DNA of 61,837 nucleotides, filler included, from Dugesia japonica (Eukaryota): NCBI GenBank assembly GCA_001938525.1. It is 5 parts of 5 records of this genome, joined end to end, with 100 filler letters (N's around TTAATTAATTAA, not from the genome) between each part and the next. Parts side by side here need not be neighbours in the genome. Positions count along the whole stretch, not along the records: positions 1 to 9,240 come from MQRL01468527.1; positions 9,341 to 19,541 come from MQRL01617408.1; 3 more parts are not named here. One strand, 5' to 3'. Shown piece by piece: positions 1 to 12,689 of this stretch (position 1 is its first letter; each line of letters starts with the position of its first letter). The notes under the pieces were generated by a model. It saw only the letters and a program-made list of their open reading frames with translations, ran no database searches and was not told where the DNA came from. The position numbers and the translations under genes were made by a program.

Positions 1-49
1 TTTAATATTCTAACTGATAAAATAAATCATTATAATAAATTATATAGAA

Positions 50-884
50 GATGGAAAATGCTTGATATAGGCGTCAAATATACTGATATTTTAATAGGAT
101 CTTTATTTGCTGCAGCAGGAATAACAGTAACGGTTTTAGCTACAAGTCGTATAGTTATTTGAACTTTACCTGTTATTATACTTGGTACGTTTCCTTTAAC
201 TAATTCAATTATTCATGGCTTATTAAACATTGGATTAATTAAAAGAAGAAAGACGAAATATAATCATTTAATTAAAGAATTAAAAACTAGTAAAAATATA
301 TTATTTCTATATCATCAGAAATGTTTACATGATAATATATTAACTGATGAAGAAATAAATACTAGTAAAACTATTTTTAGTGAAATCAAAAATAAAATAT
401 TAAAGATGAAAACTGATATTGAAGTTAAAGAAGAAAAATAAACAGAAAAAGATAATTCTTTTTTTAACAAAGCTAAAGAAAATAGAAACTTTAATAAATC
501 AACCTACAGCAAAAGTGCGAAAGAAAATAAATTAGAAATAGATTATAATTGTTTAAATTGTATAAAATTAAAAGTTAATTATAAAAAAATATGTCAAATG
601 AAATTATTAATTATTTTGCTAATAGTAAAAAATTTAAAGAAGAAATTAAAGATGAATTTGTTGCTGTAAAGAATTATTCTCATGCAAATAAAGTAGCATT
701 AGCACCTGAATTATTAATTAAATTAAAACAATTTGAAGCAGCTTTAAAATTAGCCGGTCAAACAATTATTAATTTAGATATTGAAAACGAAGCTTTTATT
801 CAACAACTAGAAAAGTATGATAAATATGATCAAGAAGTAATAGATGAAGCAATTAAATTAAAAGAATTAGAACAATCTAAATAA
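50..884 (+). pseudogene. Probable Polinton accessory ORF cluster: a disrupted membrane-helix ORF (about 50-441) and a 97-aa helical ORF (591-884)
   Basis: Intronless, tightly packed AT-rich ORFs next to the pPolB. The first has a hydrophobic segment (GSLFAAAGITVTVLAT) and an in-frame TGA. Assignment rests on context only. Confidence 0.4.
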
Positions 885-1110
885 GATAATCATAATAGAT
901 TAAAACGTAGATTATTTCAAATTTAGACCAGTGTAAGAATATAAAATAAAATAATAAACAAATATTGAACCAATAATTAAAATACTTTTATTTTTATCTC
1001 TCTTTTCTATAATATTAACGAATCTATTTAACTCATTGCAAATGTAACTTAACTGCGCCGATTTTATCTCCATTTTTATTCATATATTTTTTTTCATTTT
1101 TATTAAACTT

Positions 1111-1386
1111 TCAAGCGGACAAAGTGTTTATCTCATTAAATATTTCTTCATCTGTTTGTTTTCTTGTATTGTTTTCGTTAATATTTAAATTTTTTATTGT
1201 TGATAATTGACCGCGGTTGATCGCAATCGTTCGTGGTTGTTTGTGATCGCAGACTGATTGCGGTTGATTGCGGTCACTTTGATGAGTGACGTAAAAGTGA
1301 TTTGTCAGGCATTCAACGTCTTTATCAGTAAAATCAACTAAATATTTTAAATATTCAAAATTATTAATTGAAGCATTATGTAACAT
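1111..1386 (-). CDS. Hypothetical 91-aa ORF, probably Polinton accessory
   Basis: ORF track; lies downstream of and on the same strand as the pPolB; no recognised motif. Confidence 0.25.
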   Translation of the reverse strand: MLHNASINNFEYLKYLVDFTDKDVECLTNHFYVTHQSDRNQPQSVCDHKQPRTIAINRGQLSTIKNLNINENNTRKQTDEEIFNEINTLSA

Positions 1387-1865
1387 AGTAAAATTAATTA
1401 AATACTTTGCTTTAAATATAAAGATTGTAATAAATATATAGATGATTTAAAATATCATGTATATTTATAGTAAGTTGTTCTTTTTATTTGAAAATCTGTT
1501 TCTGATGTAAAAGCTTTTAACATTTTTGGTAAGCTTTTGAATTGTTTATTTCGCTGAAATGTGAATATTGATGCAATAATATTATAAATTTCAATAAATT
1601 TTTTCTTATTATTAGAAACAAGAATTTTTATAAAACAAATTATTTATAATTTGACTCATTATTTATAAAAATCTTTTATCTATTTTCATTAGACTTTAAA
1701 ATGATATATTCTTGAAGCTTTGTTGTTTTTGCACCATTTTTTTTAAAATCGTTTATTATATCTTAAAATTCTTCTTCATTTAAAATATAATAGTTGTCAT
1801 TATATTCATTATCTTTATTGCAATAATTTTCGTCCATATTTATAAAAATAAATATTTTTTATTAT

Positions 1866-3606
1866 TTAATATCCATATGGGTATGTATCTACATTACCAT
1901 CTTCTAAATACTTTATTTGTTCTTTTTTTTTATCAAAATCAAAGTTATATGTTTTTGTTTGTGTTATTGTTTGAATATTATTAAAGTCTTTATAATTATT
2001 TCCTGTTAATTTAAATTATATATGCTCGATTGTTTCATATGGTTCAATTGGATTTATATTATAGGGATTGTTAATATTATTTAGGACCATAGCTTTCTTT
2101 TTATCAAGAGTTAATTTATCTGATTCTAAATATTTCTTAACAAATCCTTTTGTCTTACCTTTCACTTCACCATTAAATAATATATAGTGATAATCTTTTG
2201 GAGCAGGTATAACTATCTCTGTAATATAATTAGGATATGTTTCATCAGTCAATTGTCCTAAATTATTTCCTATTTGGTTATCTATATATACAGGCATACA
2301 TTCTTCATGATCACAATTTTTATTATCACATGAGTCATCTATGAATACACAAAAATCAGTATCACAAAAAATTACTCTAATATTTAATGGTTCTAATATA
2401 TCATATAACCTTAATCTTGCATGGGCTGTTGTATATAAAGCTAAGTAAATATTAGTTGATTTATGTGGTTTCTTCCACTCGTCTTTCAATTTATATTTAA
2501 TCATCCATGTTTCTTCATCTAATATTATATGATTTAAGTCTGTATAATTATTATTGAGTTTTGTTTTACATACATCATCATGATTAATAGGATGTGCGGT
2601 ATGATCAAAGTCATCATTCATTCCAAAATATCCCCCATATACTATTTAAACAAATTTTTGCTACTTGTCTTAAACCTGCATTTAATTGGATTTTATCTAT
2701 ATTTAATTCATAAGCTATATTGTCTGCTACAAATTGAATCTTTGTATTATATGATGTCATTAGTAAAATCGCTATTACAATGTTTGTCACAGTCAAGCGG
2801 ACAATTTTCATTGTGCCTTTTACATTTACAACCNAAAGCTTCTAATTTATATTTCATAAATACATTTACATAGTCTTTGAATAAACCTTTTATTGTTTTA
2901 GGGAAATGGTATAATTCATAGATATGTAATAATTTATATCGTTTATTTAAAGCTTTATTTACTTCAATTTTTGAGCAAGTTCCTGTTATACATCTTTCTT
3001 CATCATTATGAATACATGGTGCATTTCTAAAATAAAAACATGTTGTGCATTGTTTTGTCTTATAAATATATTCATGTATTGTTCACAAGTATTATCCTTA
3101 TGTGAAGCTTGCGCTTTAAATGTGCACGTTGTATTTAATTTATGATGTATTTATTTGCTATTTATTTTATTCATGCATGTTTTATACAATCCAAATAATA
3201 ATTTATGAGCATTTATTGTTTCTTGTTTAAAAGTTAATACCGGCAAATATAAATTTCTAGGAGGCAGNNNNNNNNNNNNNNNNNNNNNNNNNNNNNNNNN
3301 NNNNNNNNNNNNNNNNNNNNNNNNNNNNNNNNNNNNNNNNNNNNNNNNNNNNNGGGTGATATTAAATAATATTTGTGGATGATCTATAGGGTATTCATCA
3401 TATTTATTAACAGTCGGATATAATGAAACTACATCAACATATCTAATTTTTTGATTATTAGCAGCTTTATAATATAATTTAAATGGCTCTGTTCTTCCTC
3501 CATAAAAAGCATCTTTTGGTCTTAATTTATTTAAAGATGCTTCCGGTTTAAAGTTTTTAAAATTAGAATTAGTTAATAAATATCTTTGATATTCACATTC
3601 CCATAA
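1866..3606 (-). pseudogene. Polinton/Maverick protein-primed DNA polymerase B, C-terminal half, group-1/VSR type, frameshifted
   Basis: Manual translation gives WECEY...DAFYGGRTE...YVDVVSLYP (motif A, about 3410-3605), KICLNSIWG (motif B, ORF 2614-2811), YTTAHARLRLY...FCDTD (motif C, ORF 2016-2621) and terminal TYPYGY* at 1866. Confidence 0.9.
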
Positions 3607-4176
3607 AGTAATATATTCTACTTACTCTCGTCTATCATTAAAATATTTAATAGTTTAATGGAGGTTATAGATAAATGTTATTTAGAATATGAGTTATAAT
3701 AATATTTAGGGATTTAAACTCGTACTTGACTGTAGGATTGAAAATTAATAATTAAGGGCAGGGTCAATGTGAGGTTAGTGTGACAAACTCATTTCCACTG
3801 GATGTTTAAACTTGTACTTTTTATCTTTGCTGACATTTTATTTGAAAAACAATTTTATTCGTAATTTTGTAAGGTTAAGATTTTCCATGCAAAAAATGAA
3901 ATCATATTTAAACAATAGTAAACTATCATAAATGTTTGGTTAAACAACACAGAAATATAATATTAAATAATGCAAAAGTTTCACCATCACTAAAAACAAA
4001 CGCAATGTCCGAATTCAAAAATTTTTTGAACTCTGATGAATTTTCGACATTGATCTCAAAAGAACAATCAAAGCTTTTATAAAACATGCTACCAAAAGAT
4101 GAAGCAAATCTTAACGGAGCTGGAATAAAGAGTAAGAATTCTACAATTTCAGATATAAACAAACGAGTGAAAGGTT

Positions 4177-5350
4177 ATGGGAAATATATTTTCTTTTAAT
4201 TTGTGGAAAAACGGAAAATATATATTTTCCACTGCCCATCGCCACAAGGTGTTATTGAATTTAGTTTATTTGAAGATTTTTTTCTAATGAATTGAATTTT
4301 TGAAAGTAGAAATCATGTAGAATATTTTGTAAATGGATCGTAAACTGAATATTTGGATTTTAACGATGCTTTTTTGTATGTTCAACTAAAAGTGTTGACA
4401 AAACTGATAAAGAATTGTAATAAAAATGTGATTTAATACTTACTAATTCGACTTTTTATACTCCGTTCATCGATGGATTCCTGTCATTTAATAAAGGTGA
4501 TGGCAAGAACATTTCTCTTACTGCAATAGGTTATGGAAATGAAGAGGTTAGAAAAATGAGTATTAAATCATCAAAGCGTTATCTCTTTACAGTTCTTTGC
4601 AAATCAAATTTGTGAATCCATTTTAATATCTTATTCCATGTGTTAATGTTGAGATTCTAATGAAGAGATCAAACATAAGAATATTTTTGCAAACAGTTAA
4701 TGATGAACCAAAATATGTATTGTTGGAAGAAAGATTGATGGTTAGAAGAGTTTAGGCTGAATCATCTGTTATAGTAGGAAATCAAACTGGTCAAAACACA
4801 TCAAATGCTATTTATCCAAAGAATTCAAGAAAATTGTATCATATACGATTAGTAACGATAGTTCATCGTTTTATAAGGAGCTTATCTTTGATGATCTAAT
4901 CTTTGAAAATCGTCGATTACTAAACTTTTTTCTCCTTAAATTTCAAAGTAAAGATTGATATGATGGAAGCTATAAAACATCAAGCTCACATTTCGATCAT
5001 TCTAATGTTAACTCAATAACTCTTTCAAAAAACAATGATTATTAAGAATACTCAAGACTTGGAAAAGAAATTTTTTTAAAACATATACGCAATCAACAGT
5101 TAGTAAAAAGAAATATCTAAACAAAAATATGAATTGCGAAATAACACTAGAAAATTTTCAGAACAAATATCCCTTCGTTATATTGTTACATGCTCTAGAT
5201 TTAGATATTAATCAGAGTTAATTGCTACAACAAGAAAATATGATATTGGATATCAAGTTTGAAAATGTATTGGATGCAGCAGCATATTTAATAATATACG
5301 GAGTATTCGAAAATTTTATCCAACTTGGATCTAATAGATTAATCTTGGTA
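4177..5350 (+). pseudogene. Polinton major capsid protein (double jelly-roll, PY-type), heavily degraded
   Basis: Blocks in collinear order across frameshifts: PSPQGVIEFSLFEDF, VEYFVNGS*TEYLDFNDAFLYVQLKV, YLIPCVNVEILMKRS, LMVRRV*AESSVIVG..NAIYP, YDGSYKTSSSHFDHSNVNSITL, DIKFENVLDAAAYLIIYGVFENFIQLGSNR. These resemble remembered Polinton MCP blocks. Confidence 0.72.
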
Positions 5351-5589
5351 AAAAATCAAGATGGGCTTTTACCTTGAATTTACGTAGTATTTAACCAAAT
5401 TACGTAATATAGAGAGTTCCAAAAAATATTCGTTTTTTATTAGTTAGGAAACATTTAATTATCAATTTAAAATAAACTTTTTGCAATTAATTAATATAAA
5501 ATAAACCTGCTGCATTTGTTTTATTATATCAAATGCTCATACTCATCACAACAAATTTCAATATGATAAACAATGTTACAACCGAAAAT

Positions 5590-5825
5590 GTGACATTTTT
5601 GTTGGTGTTATGACTAAAAAAGATTTTACGGCTACAGAAATACAAGAGTTTTTGGTGACAGCCGGTGGATAAATAAAAACCTTGCGATGAATCCAACAAA
5701 TTACCAATGAGTTAAGGAAAAACAGTTTTAGAGTAGTCCGTAGAGTCAAAGGCTCCGGAAGATCACAGAGAAAAACAAATAATAAAAATATGAATAAGGT
5801 GAAGGAACTGCAAGAAAAATGGAAA
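5590..5825 (+). pseudogene. Possible Tc1/mariner-type transposase N-terminal HTH remnant
   Basis: Reads ..DFTATEIQEFLVTAGG*IKTLR*IQQI..VKGSGRSQ..; the GSGR linker is mariner-like; stops present. Confidence 0.3.
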
Positions 5826-6528
5826 TTACATTTATAAATATATATAGTTGTTCATTTTAATTTTTCCTAACTTATAAAAACTTATAGAAATGTTTTTTGG
5901 AAAACCCTATAGTTACATAAAATTATTGCCACTTAAAAAGCATGAAAAGTTTAATTGGATTACATTGCTGGGTTTGAGATGTGGCAATGTGCCATTATCC
6001 ATCTACTTTTATAAAATCGATGTGTCAAAACATTCGGTGTAAGAGATGCAACAGAAATGATATTAGAACCGATAAAAGTTGAACTTTACAAGAACGACTG
6101 AAAATAAAGGTCCAACATGATTTAAATACAATAAGATAATCGAAATCCAGGAGGATGATGAAAGAGAATAATATGCAGAAACAGAGGAAATAATTTTAGT
6201 ATGTATTGCCAAAATAATATTGCTTCACCAATTAAGAATTTCGGATAAATAATGTTATGGGTTAATGATTTGATTATTTGCGTTATCGCAAATATTCACT
6301 TTACTTACATCAGCACATATTTTCTGCAATTCCAATACACAAATATTATATTTTTGAATATACAAATATATATTTAGAAACACTAAATAAATCACAATAA
6401 TAAATACAAATTAAATTGAAACTAAAAAGAAAATAAAATAAAATAAATAGACTAAAATTCAAGTAAATTAAATATTTGTTAATTAAGTTTCTTGTTCTAA
6501 ATCAACAGAGTTTATTATAATATTTCTT

Positions 6529-8264
6529 CTAAATTTGAAAACAGTTGTTATTGTCAGTTTGAGAAAGGTTTCTGCACCAATTTAGATCCATTGTTGACAT
6601 TGAATTTACCTTGTTGGTAACACATATCCCATAAGTTCTCATCAAAGATAATTGACTCGACTTCTGCTCATACCAATATGTTCCAAAGAAAATTATTCCC
6701 CAACTTCCGGATAATAATTTTCCAGTCAGATTTGGATCACTAACATTTACAGTCGTTTCGGTTTGCGGGTAAAGAACAATTTGATTATTTTGATTTAGAT
6801 GAGATTGATAATCTTTGATATGAAATGAACAGCTGCTGAAATTTGTACAAATATCATGTGTGAGCCATTTAGCCATATTTGGATAAATATTTCTATCCCA
6901 CAAAATATTCTCTAATTTTAAAAAGTCATCAATGAATTCCTGTTTGTAAAATACCAATGCTCTTGCATCGTTGAAAGTTCCAGCCATTATACCAGTTTGT
7001 CCACCATCAAAATTAACAATTGCTGTTGTTTGAATTGGATTAAACGACTGTATTACCGAGGGAGAAGATTTCAAAGCTATCATTTTAACATTTCTCAAAA
7101 TGCTAAATCGAATTGAATTCTCCCAATTTCTTAACTACAAAAAAATTATATTTATTAACTGAAATGATGAAATTAAATTGAACATCGAAATATTAATTAT
7201 GTTTTGCCTTCATTCATTATCAATTTTACTTTATTTTAATCATTCATATCAATTTTGATTCCATATTTGAGTATATTTATGAAACTGAATGTAAAACAGA
7301 CATTATAATTTTAACCCATCAATGGCAAAGTCCCATGTTTAGTATCAATTTTATTTTTATGTTTTTATTATTTTATATGTTTTCTAACTATAACACTACG
7401 ATTAAATTTACATTCCTACAGTAACCTTCTAAAGACTGAAAAAAATGGCAACAATCGATATTTTTCAAATAAACTTCATGATTGAATACTGACCCGTAAT
7501 TGATAAATAAATACTTATTATAAAACGTTTCAATTTTCTAGTAGAAATTATTTTGTTTTTGCATTTAAAAAAACGTAAGAAATTATTATTTCTCTATTAA
7601 CAATAAAATATATGCTGAAGAATCATATGTTTGCCATCTCTTATGTAACTTCTATAGTTGAGAATCCTATCACAAAACTACTGTAACTCATTCTAGAAAT
7701 TCAAAAATCACAGTCCAGTTAATTTTCTTTTGAGATCTGATGTTAATTTCTTTCAAATTTTTTTAAATCAAATTTTGTTATTACTGTTGAGTGTACAATG
7801 GAAATTATTTTGTAAAATAAAACAAAGATGAATTATAATGAGTTTAAACTCAAAAATATTTAAATTATTCAGAATCATGTAGAAGAACTAATGAGTAAAC
7901 AGTTTATATAATACAATAAATAAATAAAATAACTTAGCAAAGGTGTAATGTATATATATAAAATAAACTTATATATTTATTTTACTTTATCAATTTCGAT
8001 TTCAATCACGAAAATCTTGATCACGTTTTGTTCTAATATTTCATCGCAAGGATCAACAACTGGATAAATTAAACATCGATTATTATCATGGAAAAAACCA
8101 AAGCATTGGGAATGATGGCATCGGAAAGCACATTCTAATTTATCTGATACAGTTTCAGATATTATTGGTTCACCCACCCAAGTAACTATTTCATAGAATT
8201 TTGAGATATTACATATTGATTTGTCAATAATTATAAATAATAATAAATTAAATAAGAAAAACAT
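6529..8264 (-). CDS. Two-exon secreted protein (about 294 aa): signal peptide, PAN/apple-like Cys domain, unknown C-terminal domain
   Basis: Exon 1 8264-7986 (hydrophobic N-terminus; ECAFRC..CFGFFH..CLIY) ends GATAAA|gtaaaa. Exon 2 7134-6529 follows tgtag|. The phase-0 splice joins the two ORF-track ORFs in frame. Confidence 0.75.
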
Positions 8265-8554
8265 TTCACAATCAATTTCGATTTTATCAAAAGAGTATGA
8301 AGTTTTCAGTGTTTTATTTGTGAAAAATTAATAATATATCATTCGCTAACAAATCATAAAAGTTAAAATTAAAAGAATGAGAAAAATTCTACAATTATTG
8401 TACTTTCCATTAAATTATATAAAGAACCAAACATAAATAACGGCATGCATTAAGGAAAGGGGATAAAATTTTTCGTAACGATAAAGAAATAGAATTGTCA
8501 AAATTTCATGTTCAGTTATTATTACAATATCGAGATATTAAAGAACTCAATTCC

Positions 8555-8854
8555 ACTTAACCCTCATTATAACGCGTTATTTAAACTTTATATTTGTCGT
8601 TTTGAATTAGAGAAAATCTTTAAAAACATAAATAGGTTCTTTTTCACATTATGTGTGAACATTGATCAGTTGACGTCATAATTCGGTTTGTACTTTAGTG
8701 TTTTTTGTTAATTAATACATATTGTTTGGTGCATGTTTCACTCTTTTTAAAACGTATACGACTAACAAAAAAAACTTAGTCCTGCATAATTCGATTTACA
8801 ATATGCGCAAATTATGAGTAACCTAACTTCCGCGTTATACGAGGATCGGATGTA
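8555..8854. mobile_element. Possible pogo/Tigger-type MITE
   Basis: Inverted termini CCTCATTATAACGCG (about 8562) and CGCGTTATACGAGG...TGTA (about 8831-8853). Confidence 0.4.
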
Positions 8855-9240
8855 TATTAATCAGAATAAATTTTAGATTATTTGCATTTTAATCATTCAT
8901 ATCAATTATAATTCAATATTTGAGAGCATTTGTGAAACAAAAACCAAAGCGGATATTATATTTTTAATCGATTTTAAAATGCTTCGATTTTAGTGTAAAA
9001 TCTTTCTTGTTAAGGTATGCAAAAATTTATTCAACAATAAATAAATATAATGATTTTTTAAACAATTAAATTTGTTATAATTTTTTTAAATTTTGAAGGT
9101 TAAATAAATAATTTAGAATGAGCTATAATAATAAGTTCATCACCCTTCATTAAAAATGAAGAAGTAAGATAAACATTTTTGCTTTATTTATTTTGGTTCT
9201 ATGAAAATTGCGCATAATATGAAATTATTATATGAATTAT

Positions 9241-9340
9241 NNNNNNNNNNNNNNNNNNNNNNNNNNNNNNNNNNNNNNNNNNNNTTAATTAATTAANNNN
9301 NNNNNNNNNNNNNNNNNNNNNNNNNNNNNNNNNNNNNNNN
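9241..9340. other. Artificial scaffold-concatenation linker
   Basis: N44-TTAATTAATTAA-N44, with stops in all six frames; identical structure occurs four times in the window. Confidence 0.95.
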
Positions 9341-10194
9341 GTACTTTAGACAATGTATAGGTAACTTTTAATTTTAAGACTAATGGTAATAATTTCAAGT
9401 CCATATCTCAAAAATAATTTTTAAAATTTAAATTCAAATTCAAATATATTATTGATTCGATCATATTTTTCAAAAAATAATTACAGAACATTGCGACGCA
9501 TACTAGCGCGCATCTTTTCCACTTTTCAAAACATCGATAGCATACACACATTAACCTAGAAGTACTTTTGAAAGAATTTTAAAATTTTGAAAAAAAAAAA
9601 ATTTTCTTAAAGATTTTTTATTAACAAAAAAAATTTTCAAAAAAAATTTTTGTCAAAAAAAATTTTTCAAAAAAATTTTCAAAAAAAAATTTTTAAAAAA
9701 ATTTTTAAAAAAAAAAATTTTGTCAAAAAAATTTTGTCGCGAAAAAAAATTTGACGAAAANNNNNNNNNNNNNNNNNNNNNNNNNNNNNNNNNNNNNNNN
9801 NNNNNNNNNNTTATTGATTCGATCATATTTTTCAAAAAATAATTACAGAACATTGCGACGCATACTAGCGCGCATCTTTTCCACTTTTCAAAACATCNNN
9901 NNNNNNNNNNNNNNNNNNNNNNNNNNNNNNNNNNNNNNNNNNNNNNNNNNNNNNAAAAAAAAAATTTTCTTAAAGATTTTTTCTTAACAAAAAAAATTTT
10001 CAAAAAAAAATTTTTGTCAAAAAAATTTTGTCGCGAAAAAAAAAATTTTTGTCAAAAACAATTTTTAAAAAATTTTTTCAAAATAAAATTTTTGTCAAAA
10101 ATTTTGTCGCGAAAATAATTTGACGGAAAAGTTTTTTCTGGCTGGGGGGGAGGGGGAGGGGGGGGGTGCGGCAGTGCGGACATATCTCACTACT
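9341..10194 (-). mobile_element. Polinton-like terminal region with A/T-tract subterminal repeats
   Basis: Ends ..GCAGTGCGGACATATCTCACTACT (reverse complement AGTAGTGAGATATGTCCGCACTG). Preceded by a G-tract and repeated AAAAATTTT(G)TC(G) units. Confidence 0.6.
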
Positions 10195-10749
10195 GATATG
10201 ATCAAGGAATTAATAATCAAGACGATCACTGGTCTTGCTCCGGATCGAAATGCAGCTTATGTTAGTTTTTTGTTTGATTGATGTAATTATTAATTGAATG
10301 TGTAACAATAATAATGACTTTCAATAACCGGATTTATTTTTTTTAATAATATGGTGAATATTTTACTAGTAATTAAAGTTAAAATTAAATGACCACTTGG
10401 TAATTGGGTATTAAGTAAAATAATCAATTAAAACCGTTCGTACAAGCAACATCCAACTAGCACACTGTGGTTCTTCGTTCATTCTAAATTAAAATTAAGA
10501 TATTTCACCCAAAATAACTTCTTTTTTCCCTAGTAAGAAGTATTCCTTACTTTCATGGAGTACCTTTTGACTAGAAATACTAATGAAATTCGACTCGAAA
10601 TGGTGATGATAATTAGTAATGATTGACTTAATGCCAAATCATGTTGATATAGTTTACGGATTATTATTAATATTCAATTAATTACAATGAGATATATTGA
10701 TGATTTTCCATTTATAAAATCAGAGCGTTAGCATAGTAATAAGCTCACA

Positions 10750-11310
10750 TGACTCAATAACCACGCCAATAACTTTTAAAGTTAACCATAATAACTATAA
10801 CTTTAATTACTTGATAACGTGCCCATAAATTATAGCGAGTATCATGAGAAGGAACCCAAACCAAAGGAATGCGAGTCTGCACTCTGACTACGGGTCATGC
10901 GTCACCGGCCTCAATCCGAATATCTGGATTTTTTCGGACACCAGGTTAAATTCTTCGCGCGGGTTTTACTAAGCCAGATCTCCCTAGACATAAGTTGAAT
11001 TTGAATTCCCTAGGCTCGAATAAATTTTAAATTTCCTAGATAAAACCCCAACAATATTAATAATGTTGGGGTTCTGACTAGGCATCTCAATTTTAAGTTA
11101 TATCTAGGGTGCCTTAGCCTAGTGAAAACTCACGAAAAATTTAATCAAGTATCTTCTTTCTAGTTTTTTAGAATGTAGTCGGTGACTCGTAACCTATAGT
11201 TTAAATGCATGCTGTCATTACTTTGGTTCGGGTTCACACTTCAATAATATTCGCTCTAGTTCGACAGACAACATCGCGAGCCTGTTGATCAGGATGACGG
11301 TTATTGTAGA
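10750..11310. repeat. Long imperfect palindrome (foldback) centred at about 11057
   Basis: Nested arm pairs: AACCCCAACA/TGTTGGGGTT, CCCTAGACATAA/TTATATCTAGGG, GTCACCGGC/GTCGGTGAC, GAACCCAAACCAAAG/CTTTGGTTCGGGTTC, CAATAACC/GGTTATTG. Confidence 0.75.
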
Positions 11311-12122
11311 AAGTGTATACTGGTATCTTGTTGCAAATATTATCATTGTTGGTAATTAATTTCAAAAGTAATCTGAGATGGACAATCAATAGACAATCTC
11401 CCATGTTTGTCATAAATTTTTAATGATCCAAGTCAAGCAAATAAACGAGCCTTTATTTCATAATTTATCATTATCTTTAATATTATTCCGATTATAATTC
11501 TCATTCAAGCGAATTAGTTAACAATCTTATCATAATTATCCTTACCCTTATTCCCATTAATTATATTTCGGTATTGCCATTAATTATTATCACTACCACT
11601 TATCGTTAAATCCTATCGTCACTAATCCCAATCATTAACTATTCAATTGAAATCCTTATTTTAAATAGTTGTCATCATCAACACTATTATTATTATAATT
11701 ATTATGTTTATTATTATTATTTTCATTATTAAAGTTGTCAAAAGTTATTACGAGCGACTTGCATTACGCCCGATTGCATGTAAACCTATACTCTGTTGAA
11801 CTGTAAATGTGGCAGGTAAAAACTTTTTGAAACGGATTACACACATACAAAATTTCTTTTGATTTAAACTAATACCAAAGATTTTTCAGGGCCACAAATC
11901 TGTCGATAGATAACTGGGACACCCTGTAAGATTCTAAAATTGTCTGACCTCTTTGATATGAGATTGTTTCTGAGTAAAAACTATTTTATCAATTCATTAA
12001 TTATTATTAAATATTTTTACAATTACAATTATTTCGAGACAAATTGTTGGACTTAATTATTGATTACATTTGAAATTTCATTAAAATAAAAGCTCATATC
12101 CAAATTATTTATTTCTTTTGTT

Positions 12123-12166
12123 AGTTATTCGAATTTTCGACTATTGTCTTCTTCAGGAATGTAACT
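12123..12166 (-). ncRNA. Minimal type I hammerhead ribozyme (Penelope pLTR/retrozyme-like)
   Basis: Minus strand reads AGUUAC-AUUC-CUGAAGA-A-GAC-AAUA-GUC-GAAA-AUUC-GAAU-AACU. It has the CUGANGA and GAAA cores, a 3-bp stem II, a palindromic AAUU helix III, a UUC cleavage triplet and a pairing helix I. Confidence 0.75.
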
Positions 12167-12194
12167 TTTATAAAAATTATATTTATAAATTTAT

Positions 12195-12223
12195 ATTCCT
12201 GAAGAAGACAATAGTCGAAAATT
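12195..12223 (+). ncRNA. Second hammerhead copy, inverted, cut by an assembly gap
   Basis: ATTCCTGAAGAAGACAATAGTCGAAAATT is the exact reverse complement of 12132-12160. Confidence 0.65.
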
Positions 12224-12689
12224 NNNNNNNNNNNNNNNNNNNNNNNNNNNNNNNNNNNNNNNNNNNNNNNNNNNNNNNNNNNNNNNNNNNNNNNNNNNNN
12301 NNNNNNNNNNNNNNNNCATAATAAAATCTTACAAAAAATGTACTGATTTTATATATTACATAAAGAAAATTATAAAAATTTCAATTGTTCAGAAATATAA
12401 ATAATCAATAAATATAAAACACTCTTTTTATAAAATAAATAAACCAACACTCTTTTATACATTTAAATCTTTATCGCGCATAATGTGACAAATAAAACAA
12501 TAATAGATCATTTTACAATTTCACGCATAATACCGTTAACAGATATTTTATCTTATAATCCTGGAATTTCCAAAATTTAAGAAAGCTTGTATTTTAGTGT
12601 TAACAATACAGTCAAATTACACATTCGTATAATAATTATAATTATTCCAATAAATTATATTAAATTTAAAGTCGCATTCTTGGTAAAAC

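Noticed and set aside
2580-2873. Antisense ORFs over element genes (also 3926-4162, 13321-13584, 21621-21836, 58886-59164)
   Set aside because: Shadows of coding sequence on the opposite strand.
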